Shown piece by piece: positions 37,350 through 47,580 of a DNA stretch of 64,000 bases. Source of the stretch: Macrostomum lignano (Eukaryota); contig NIVC01000851.1 of the NCBI GenBank assembly GCA_002269645.1, positions 126,846 to 190,845 of the forward strand, given 5' to 3'. Below the pieces are notes generated by a model. The model did no database searches, had not been told where the DNA came from, and was given only the letters and a program-made list of their open reading frames with translations. Both the position numbers and the translations under genes were made by a program. The stretch's first letter is position 1. Each line of letters begins with the position of its first letter.

Positions 37350-37466
37350 GGATGCTTCAGTGCTTGAGTCGGATGCTTCAGTGCTTGAGTCGGATGCTTC
37401 ATTGCCTGAGTCGGATGTTTCAGTGCTTGAGTCGGATGCACCAGTGTCTGAGTTGGATCAGTGGCT
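37350..37466 (-). repeat. Short array of 21-bp monomers, inverted relative to the 37727-38675 array
   Basis: GGATGCTTCAGTGCTTGAGTC-like units, ~5 copies. Confidence 0.85.
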
Positions 37467-37726
37467 CAGTATTTCGGCATAATCCTCACGTGGCTATGTA
37501 AAATAATTTCTGCGGCGTAAGAAAAGAAAATTGTCGTTCTTTTGGTAATTTTAATGAGCATTTGTAGCTCAATCCACTGATTGCTGCGGCCGGGGCCCCC
37601 TATATAGCTCAATATAGCTAATATTACATTCCTTGATTTCGTACATAGAAAAAAATTTAGGTAGCGTTATTTTGGGATTTCTTACCGGTAGGAGTACTGA
37701 ATTTCATGGCTTTAGGAGACCTTCGG

Positions 37727-38675
37727 TCCAACTCAAGCATCCGACTCAGGCACTGATGCATCCGAATCAGACACTAGTGAATCCGACTCAGGCACTGATG
37801 CATCCGAATCAGACACTAGTGTATCCGACTCAGGCACTGATGCATCCGAATCAGACACTAGTGTATCCGACTCAGGCACTGATGCATCCGAATCAGACAC
37901 TAGTGTATCCGACTCAGGCACTGATGCATCCGAATCAGACACTAGTGTATCCGACTCAGGCACTGATGCATCCGAATCAGACACTAGTGTATCCGACTCA
38001 GGCACTGATGCATCCGAATCAGACACTAGTGTATCCGACTCAGGCACTGATGCATCCGAATCAGACACTAGTGTATCCGACTCAGGCACTGATGCATCCG
38101 AATCAGACACTAGTGTATCCGACTCAGGCACTGATGCATCCGAATCAGACACTAGTGTATCCGACTCAGGCACTGATGCATCCGAATCAGACACTAGTGT
38201 ATCCGACTCAGGCACTGATGCATCCGAATCAGACACTAGTGTATCCGACTCAGGCACTGATGCATCCGAATCAGACACTAGTGTATCCGACTCAGGCACT
38301 GATGCATCCGAATCAGACACTAGTGTATCCGACTCAGGCACTGATGCATCCGAATCAGACACTAGTGTATCCGACTCAGGCACTGATGCATCCGAATCAG
38401 ACACTAGTGTATCCGACTCAGGCACTGATGCATCCGAATCAGACACTAGTGTATCCGACTCAGGCACTGATGCATCCGAATCAGACACTAGTGTATCCGA
38501 CTCAGGCACTGATGCATCCGAATCAGACACTAGTGTATCCGACTCAGGCACTGATGCATCCGAATCAGACACTAGTGTATCCGACTCAGGCACTGATGCA
38601 TCCGAATCAGACACTAGTGTATCCGACTCAGGCACTGATGCATCCAACTCAAGCACTGAAGCATCCGACTCAGAC
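37727..38675 (+). repeat. 42-bp minisatellite (dimer of two related 21-mers), ~22 copies
   Basis: Unit ATCCGACTCAGGCACTGATGC + ATCCGAATCAGACACTAGTGT. Confidence 0.95.
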
Positions 38676-38801
38676 ATAAAGGCACTGAGGCACAGATTTT
38701 GCCCCATTCCTTTCGGTACGAATATGGTACTAAAAAAGTGGAAAATAATATAAAAATTAAATAGATACGCCACAGATAACTAGAGGATAAATACGAGCGT
38801 A

Positions 38802-39158
38802 GGGGGGCCGTAGCCCAGCGGTAGCGCAGCTGCTCTGGTGTGCCAGCGACCCAGGCTCGATTCCAAGTGCAGTCACATTAATTTGGGGCTGAATTGGAAT
38901 CTCGGCTTGGCTCTGCTCGTGCAATTAACGGCCTTGAGAGCCAACCCCCAAGGCACAGTGAAGTGTACATGCCTAACGATAATATAAAGTTAGGGCCGCT
39001 GTACACTCCTGTGTGAGTGTGTGCCTGCGTACGTATCCGCGCGCTTGTATGCCTGCTCAGGGGAGTCGGCGGAATGGGCAGCAATGCCTCTCGCCGGTTG
39101 TGTGCCTATGTCGCTTAAAGTGCGCCAGGGTGCACACAACCCCCCTGCCTCTAATAAT
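38802..39158 (+). mobile_element. tRNA-derived SINE, copy 2
   Basis: Same head and body as 25296-25657. Perfect 11-bp TSD ATACGAGCGTA at 38791-38801 and 39159-39169. Confidence 0.9.
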
Positions 39159-39214
39159 ATACGAGCGTATACCCACAATTTTTTTCTACTTACAGTCTTA
39201 AGTGCAGACGCATC

Positions 39215-41244
39215 TCACATTTTTGAACCTGACAGCTTAGCAATTTTGCGCTTCTGTCGCCCAGAATTCGACTGCACTGTGTTGGTCATCTCCTTGACGA
39301 ATTTCTTCGCAAAGAAGTGGAAAAGCCGACGAACGATGTGGCTCCGCAGATCGTGGCCGGATGTGCACATGCTGATGCCAAACACCAGGTGCATGTGCTC
39401 CTCGTTGAAAGTGCAGCGATCAATGATCTTGCTGAACAGGGAGCGCTGGCAAGACGATCGCAAAAACTGCTTCTTAAGATTACAGTCGGCCCAAATCTCC
39501 TGAAAGACTTTCCAACAATGAGCTGCCAGATTAAAAACAAACTCCGATGGCTTCACCAGGCCGCCCCTGTCAATGCTGTCCTGGAACGTTGATGAACACA
39601 AGCTGGAATCGTCAGTCGCCGATTGAACGTTTTCAAAGTCAGTGAGAAATTCAGAGCAAGATTTGCACCTCGTAGATCAAATAGTTGATCGAGCGGCATA
39701 ACCACTTACGAAAAAAGATGATGTTTTTTTTCATAAACTGATGGCTCATGATCAAGCTTCAGTGCAGCTGCAATGGCATCGGCGGTCGAATTCAGCTCGG
39801 ACAGCGCTTTCTATATCTGTCAGGCTGATGTTTGAGTACTTAAAGAGGGAGACGGCCCGATTTTTTTTATCGCTTTCTAAAATCTGCCGCATCGATACAT
39901 AATAGTTTGCACCAGAGAGTTGACGCAACCACCCGAATCTAGACTCCAGGGCGTCGGATTGGAGATGACCAAGAAGTACGAAGTTGAATCCGGCGTGATC
40001 GAGCAGATATGAAGCACAATCGGAAAGAGACAAACACGCTTGGCGTAAAGCTAGAAATGTTTCTTTTGACAGTCCCAAGCGACCATTGGCTTCCCAGCGT
40101 TGAAGGAAATCCGCGAATTTTCTCAGATGTTTCAGCTTCCAATCTTGCGTTGATGTAATAGGATCCATGGCGCAATCACGCTGGGAAGTTGGAATCAATG
40201 CTTCCCTTTTGTAGATGATTTCACGTTAAAAATTTTCCACAACTCCTCTATCATAGAAATGAAAAGCGCAGTTTCATGCACGTTCGATATTCTTTGGATT
40301 AAGAACAGAAGGCGATAACTTATGAGCTTTTTTGAGTGGAGCGGACGCTTCTAACTGATATAGTTGCGTGATGTGATGAAAACTGGCTCGGCAACCATTC
40401 GGTAAATCTGGTTCAAAACTTGGGCAATGAAGCTTTGCGCGTTTGAAAATTGTTGTATACATTTTTTAAGTCGTGCACGGGATCAAAATTAGAAATATTG
40501 GCTGTTCCGTAATGGAGTCGTAAATTTTTGTCGTCAGAGTTCCACCGCAAAGGCTGTTCACAAAAAATTCTGTTAACGGACGCATTATCTACGGAAATTC
40601 CTATGCATTCCAAACCAACTTTTCGAACAGTTGTCGTGACGTCATTGTAACAAAGATACTGCTTCTCAACTGTCAGAGTAGCTACTGGGAAAATAGCAAC
40701 CAGGTCTTTGAATCTATTGACTAATGATTTAACCATGAAACAGAGTAGAGTTGATGCCACTGACCCTGCGGCTGTCAGCCCATGCACTTCACCATTGCTA
40801 TATTCGACGCGTTTTGCAATATCATCAATGATAAGTAGACATTTCCTTTCGAAGGCATTTAGCTTTGAGACACGAAGACTACGCAGTGTTGTCTAACCCA
40901 GTGTTGCTTTGAACCTGTCATGTGACCTGAAGTGTCTTAATTGATGGTAGGCACAAAACATTCTCTTGAAGTAAAACTTTGTAGGCAGCGGAACTGGATG
41001 CGTGAATTAGATATGCAAATATTATTAGCTCGGGTGAATAGTTTCTGCTGTATTTCTTCTTCGCAGCTAGCCTTGGTAGGATTGAAAAACATTTCTCAAT
41101 AGGAGGGGTCCGAGGACAAAATGAGAGGAAAACGCGTTTGTTTCTTAGGCCACCTCTGGTACAGCCAGCTGCCTTTTTCAACACAGCCTTCCCGTCCAGT
41201 TTATTATCTAGAAGTCCTTGGTTAGAGTCAGATACCTGCCTCAA
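39215..41244 (-). pseudogene. Decayed P-element/THAP9-type transposase
   Basis: Fragments in order: YKVLLQENVLCLPSIKTL, GISVDNASVN, FDPVHDLKNVYNNF, ASFHHITQLY...AHKL...LNPKNIE, LQSDALESRFGWLRQLSGAN, C..GH...KRKIAKL. These match recalled P-element transposase motifs. Multiple frameshifts and deletions. Confidence 0.85.
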
Positions 41245-41931
41245 ACTGACGTAGCAATTTTCTTCAGTGTCAAAGTTCCCGTCTTTACTGATTGTGTATC
41301 ATCCCTTCTCTCTCTTATCTCTCCTCTACTTTTTCTCTCTCCATCTCCTTACCTTTTCCCTCTCCCCCTTTCGCCCCATTTCTGCGCGCTATCCAGATAT
41401 TCATAATAATATTGTAATATTAGTAGTATTATTCATAATATCGCAATCGGCAAGGCCGTCTGTCCTTATGCTTTTCATTATTTCATTAAATTAATAAAAC
41501 TATCGCAGTCTATCTCTGCAGTGGAAAACAGTGAAAGTTTTTTCGCTGATGCAGCACTCGATCGATTAGCCGTGTTTGAAGAACCGTAGGCGACAGCAGC
41601 AGCTGGAGAGGCGTGAAAAGCTTGAAAAGCGCCCAGCCCACTCTGGCAATTAAATAGTAAAGACTAAATTGAAAATTGCCGCACCTGCAGCTCGGCAGAA
41701 TCAAATTCTAGCCAATTTCAACTCTATTCGAAATTATTCACTAAGAACTGCAATTATTACTTTGTAATTGGTAATTACTTGCAGTGGCTACTGCAATTGT
41801 ATTTTAATTTTTTATTCAATTTTTATTCAACGATAGTAAGTCGCAATTTCTGGAAACAATATTCCATATTTTACGTCGAAAATTTCAAGCCAAGTCTGCA
41901 GCAGCGGACTTGTTGCAGGCCTCATGAAGGC

Positions 41932-44900
41932 TCAGGTTGGCTTGCCGAATTTCAGGTACCTCTGGGCGTCCGTAGGTTCGCTGATCATCGCCCCTACAGC
42001 TCCGGTGTGACCCGTGATGAGGTAGTGGACATTCAGTGATTGCTGCGGGTGAGCAACGGCTCCGTGGGGTGTGCGGCATCCACCAAGTCCTCTCCTGGCC
42101 CCATCTCCCGACACCCACCTCAGCCCTCTCCTGGCCCCACCTCCCCGACACCCACCTCAGCCCTCTCCTGGCCCCACCTCCCCGACATCCACCTCAGCCC
42201 TCCTCTGGCCCCACCTCCCCGACATCACCTCAGCCCTCTCCTGGCCTCACTTTCCCGTCACCCTCCCAGTCCTCTCCTGGCCCCACCTCGCCGACACCCA
42301 CCCCAGTCATCTTCTGGCCTCACCTCCCCGACACCTTTCCCAGTCCTCTCCTGGCCCCACCTCCTCGACACCCACCCAGTCCTCTCCTGGCCAGCATGCA
42401 GACCCCAACTCCCAGACACCCATCTCAATCCTGGCCAGCACACAGAACCCACCATCTGAAAGAAGTGCTGCTGCCTAAGCATCTCCTGCCGCATGAACGG
42501 ATCCCGAAAGAAGTTGCCGCCCAAGAAGATGCTGCGAGTGTCGGTCATCTTGGCGGATGTTGACAGCAGGTTGATCAGGTTGGTGACGAAAGCTGCAACC
42601 ATGGAAGCGGCGAGATCCTCCTTGCTGCACTTGTTTCCTGCGATTCGGGGCGTTTAAGCAAAGTTGATGAAGCCACCAGAAAAGTTTAACTACATAATTG
42701 TAAAACTATTTGGAAGAGTAGCTGAATACCCTGGGTGAGTGTTGGCCTGCGTACCTATTCGCGTACCTGTTGGTGCTCAGGAATCAGAAGAATTGGCATG
42801 ACCATCTTGGCATGACCATCTAAACAACTAGCGTGTAAATTGGGGGCAGTGTTTGATTACTTCCAGTCATCTGATTGCATTTCTTAGAAGTCCCTGCTAT
42901 AACTAGTTCCGAAAAGCAAGATCCTAAACCTAGACTCGCGAACAAAGACTCGCGAATTAAGACTCCCAAACAAAAACTCTCGAATAAGGACTCGCGAACA
43001 AAGACTCCCGAAAAAGACTCTTGAACAAAGACTCTCGAGCAAAGACACTCAAGCAAAAAACTCTTGTATATGGACTCACAAACAAAGACTCACAAATAAA
43101 TACTCTAAAACAAAGACTCGTAAATAGACTCCACAACAAAGACTCAAGAACAAAGCCTCTCGAGCAGACTCTGGAATAAGGACTATTAAGCAAATACCTC
43201 AAACAGACTCTCGAACAAAGACTCTCGAACAAAGAGACTCTAAAACAAAGACTCATGCGCTCGCTCACTCTCCAGCTCCAGGTCCACAGCTTTGCCAAAC
43301 GGGAAGATCGGCAGGCTGGCGGGCATCCGGCCGTAGGGCCCGTCCACCCCGGTCTGCACCAGGTCTCTGCCCTCGTTGTCGATGTTGCCTCGGCGACCGC
43401 GCTCGGCCAGCCGCATTATCTCGTCGTAGCTGCTGGTGCCCAGCAGCATCTTGCCGAAGCCGAGGAACGACTTGCCGGCCATCCAGAGACTCGTGACCAG
43501 GTAGGATTCGCCGTTCTCTTTCAGCTGGGATTTCAGTTGTGGGAAGGGAATTTCACCGCAAAATTACAACGATATTTGACATAAGCGCGAACAGGCAGAC
43601 GCGCGCAGAAAATTTTGACGGCAGTCACCTCACAGATAATTCGACGACTTGCGGTACAGAAATCCTTGATACCAAAAAGGCACGAGCCTCCTCTGTTGCC
43701 CTCGACTGGCTCCCTTCTTAAACTATTCAGATGAGTGACATCGGATAAGAGTAGTGGGCTTTTATACGATAAACAGGCATATGCACTAACAGCCACACAC
43801 AATCCCTCTTCGTGGTTGCAGTTATTCATCTTAAATTTAGGACCACAAATGATTTACGAGTTTGTGTACATCACCTGACTGACTAGCGCCCCTCTTTATC
43901 TAGCCTCATATGTCCGTAGCGTCCCAAAATAAGGAACCTAAACTAAGTGGCATTCAGCTTGAAAAAAGTAAGTGCTAATTTAGCATCCGGGGCTCCAAAT
44001 TAAGGATGCCAAAATGAAAGTTGATAAGGCAAGACCAGATTCATCAGAATGCATGGCAACTGTTCCCGAGCCCTGCCAGCCCGCTCACAAAGATGACGCC
44101 ACCGGCGGAACCAATGAAACAGAATAGGCAGGGCAGGGAGGGGGTCGCGCTGGCGACATCCTCGCTGCTCAGCTGAAACTGCTGGTTCATGTTGGCCTGC
44201 AGCGGGTTCTCAGCCCTGCCAGTGATTTGGCCGAGGTCGGCCTCCGTCTCCGGATAGCAGAGCTCCTCAATGGGCAGGTTCTTGATCAGCCAGTGGGCGC
44301 CGCGAGTCTGCGACAGGAACTCGTCGATGAATTCCAACCTGAGAGCAGGCAGACAGGGGAGCACAAACAGTTTCATCTCACCGTCCTGTTCTCGCTTCAA
44401 AAGTTGGTCTTCAAGATTTTTTTATCGTTGTGAAAGCCAGTTCTGCTATTTTGTTTTTGAAAGTAATAATTGTCCGCGTACTACTTCTATGCTACTCATC
44501 TGCTAGTCAGTAGTATTGTGTGAAAGCAGTATTACTATCTAATTGTTCCTGTAAGATTTAAATTAAGAATTCAGTTGAAGCCAGGATAATTTTATCCTGG
44601 ATTAATAATTAAAGACGGTGAACCGTGCAAGAACCGACTGATAAGACTGATATCCCATTACCTGATTGGCTACTAAAGCTACGCTTGTATTTATTAGTTG
44701 AGAATCCCAGTTTTACCTATTGTTTGCAACTAATTTTTCGATACCGTCATTTGACGGGCAGCAATTCGACTGCCAGTAATAGCAACCAGAATAGCAAATC
44801 CTTCAATGAAGTTCTGCTAGCCAACGACCCGAGGTACAACCAACCGTGATTTAATGGCTGTGGGAGGAGAGACATAACCAACCGAGAGGGTGGGGTGGGT

Positions 44901-45692
44901 GTTTTAATGGCTGTGAGAGGAGAGACATAACCAACCGAGAGAGTGGGGTGGGTGTTTTAATGGCTGTGGAGGAGAGACATAACCAACCGAGAGGGTGGGG
45001 TGGGTGTTTTAATGGCTGTGAGAGGAGAGACATAACCAACCGAGAGGGTGGGTGGGTGTTTTAATGGCTGTGAGAGGAGAGGCAAAACCAACCGAGAGAG
45101 TGGGGTGGGTGTTTTAATGGCTGTGGGAGGAGAGACATAACCAACCGAGAAGGTAGGGTGGGTGTTTTAATGGCTGTGGGAGGAGAGACATAACCAACCG
45201 AGAAGGTAGGGTGGGTGTTTCAATGTCAACCGCTGATTAGCAGCCCCAATAATTCTTACTCCAGTCCCAATTTCTCCTGAATTAGCTCTCGATATCTGTC
45301 GCATCCGACGCCAGTCACGTGCAGTTTGCCACCCTCTCCCCGCTGCAGGATGGCCTTGCTAGCCAGATAGTCTAGTCCGGCCTCAAAGTGCGTGTTGTTG
45401 AAGAGTGCAAGGTGTAGTTTGAAAGTGTCGTCAGAGTTTCCGGCAGTGACGAAGAGGACCTTGGTGAGGGAACAGCCTGCATGCAACAAGGTGGGTCGGA
45501 CGGTTAATGCATATAATATAATGGATTCCTAAACCCAGCCAGTATACCGTAAAAGTAAAATAGTGGCTAATAATTGAATTAATCGAGCCTGAGCCGCTTG
45601 CCTCTGTCGATGCCAGCCATGACGGTGACATTTTCCATCGCAGATTTCTGCAACGTCACAATCTTCTCTTCAATGAGAAAGTTGTCCGCCAT
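41932..45692 (-). CDS. Divergent type II pantothenate kinase-like protein (fumble/PANK family), 369 aa
   Basis: Exons 45692-45602, 45476-45260, 44338-44089, 43524-43269, 42637-42453 and 42042-41932, all in phase (intron 1 is GC-AG). Motifs: GIDRGCSLTK (cf. GxDIGGTLxK), VTGVG, IDE, FIGSAG, FLGFGKML, KEDLAAS, FLGGNFFR, GAVGAM. Confidence 0.85.
42075..42420. repeat. Degenerate ~29-bp C-rich tandem repeat in PanK-like intron 5
   Basis: Recurring CTCTCCTGGCCCCACCTCCCCGACA units. Confidence 0.85.
42930..43255. repeat. Degenerate ~18-20-bp tandem repeat in PanK-like intron 4
   Basis: Recurring AACAAAGACTC units. Confidence 0.8.
44848..45222. repeat. ~47-bp tandem repeat in PanK-like intron 2, ~8 copies
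   Basis: Unit TTTTAATGGCTGTG(A/G)GAGGAGAGACATAACCAACCGAGAGGGTGGGGTGGGTG. Confidence 0.9.
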
Positions 45693-46210
45693 GGCTTGTC
45701 TCTGTGGGCTCTGTTGACTACTTTGTTGAATAAATTTTGAGTTAGAATGAGAGGCGAGTGGCACCACAGGCTCTGTACCTTATAGGGTTCAGCTTGGCAA
45801 CCTTATCAGCTACCTTTACTGACTGATCAGCCATGAAACTGGCTAGATAAGGCTGTGATTTCTACTGCCAATTTTCATAGCCTACAGAGAAAAAGTGAAG
45901 AAAGGTGAACTGGTCGAGAGCCAGATAAAAGGCTGCCATGTGGACTAACAATTTAGTCTGTTTCATGCAAATTGGGGCCAAGCGGAATGGCTAAATTATG
46001 CACTATAGTTAAGGGCACAGTGAGTTATCTGTGTAGCTGAGATTTGGAACTTGCGATACACTAATTTTGCAAGAGGGTAACCCTAGAATCTTTGGATCAA
46101 ATCGGGAGGAAAATCCCCATAATCGAAACAGTTATTTTTAAGAAGATACAGTGCAGACAACCATGGATTTGAGAGGTTAGTAGTAAAATGAAAACCACAG
46201 GATCTGGGAG

Positions 46211-47155
46211 AGAGGGACAGTAAATAACAGAATCAGGGAGACAGTGACAGTAAGTTACAGAATCAGGGAGACAGTGACAGTAAGTTACAGAATCAGGGAG
46301 ACAGTGACAGTAAGTTACAGAATCAGGGAGACAGTGACAGTAAGTTACAGAATCAGGGAGACAGTGACAGTAAGTTACAGAATCAGGGAGACAGTGACAG
46401 TAAGTTACAGAATCAGGGAGACAGTGACAGTAAGTTACAGAATCAGGGAGACGGTGACAGTAAGTTACAGAATCAGGGAGACAGTGACAGAAAGTTACAG
46501 AATCAGGGAGACAGTGACAGTAAGTTACAGAATCAGGGAGACAGTGACAGTAAGTTACAGAATCAGGGAGACAGTGACAGTAAGTTACAGAATCAGGGAG
46601 ACAGTGACAGTAAGTTACAGAATCAGGGAGACAGTGACAGTAAGTTACAGAATCAGGGAGACAGTGACAGTAAGTTACAGAATCAGGGAGACAGTGACAG
46701 TAAGTTACAGAATCAGGGAGACAGTGACAGTAAGTTACAGAATCAGGGAGACAGTGACAGTAAGTTACAGAATCAGGGAGACAGTGACAGTAAGTTACAG
46801 AATCAGGGAGACAGTGACAGTAAGTTACAGAATCAGGGAGGGTGGCAGTAAGTTACAGAATCAGGGAGACAGTGACAGTAAGTTACAGAATCAGGGAGAC
46901 AGTGACAGTAAGTTACAGAATCAGGGAGACAGTGACAGTAAGTTACAGAATCAGGGAGACAGTGACAGTAAGTTACAGAATCAGGGAGACAGTGACAGTA
47001 AGTTACGGAATCAGGGAGACAGTGACAGTAAGTTACAGAATCAGGGAGACAGTGACAGTAAGTTACAGAATCAGGGAGACAGTGACAGTAAGTTACAGAA
47101 TCAGGGAGACAGTGACAGTAAGTTACAGAATCAGGGAGAGGATGACAGTAAACTA
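46211..47155. repeat. 30-bp minisatellite, ~31 copies, between the divergent PanK-like and iGluR genes
   Basis: Unit AATCAGGGAGACAGTGACAGTAAGTTACAG, with a one-base register slip near 46841. Confidence 0.95.
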
Positions 47156-47580
47156 CATGATTTAAGAGAGGCTGGACAGCATTTCAAAACATTTGCTTGA
47201 GCACATAAAAATCCGAATCAGCTCGGTGAATGTCAGGTTTACAACCCGAGTTGAGTGTCCGGAAGCGGCGGCTTGCTTTTGCAACTGCACTGAGACTCTG
47301 AGAAACACTGTAGACCCAATTTTTAATGACTTCTCCTTTAAGGGATAAAAATTGCGTGCCAAATGGGCGCAAAATCTCTCCCCTTACTCGTTCTATTGGA
47401 TGACTCAAGCGCCCTGGCAACACTCTCGGGATCAGGGAGGCAAAAAGAGGCCCGGAGGCGACAGGAAACTGGCTTTAAACCAAGAAAATGCTCAAAATTT
47501 TGTCCCAACCTCAGTTGGTGAGCTCATAGTCTCCATTGGGGTTCCCAGTTCCCCAGATTTCAACAGAAGTTTTTCACCCG

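Noticed and set aside
35655-41519. CAGAGATAGA (35655) and TCTATCTCTG (~41510) as TIRs of the P-type element
   Set aside because: Only 10 bp match and there is no TSD. The span would also have to include the peptide gene.
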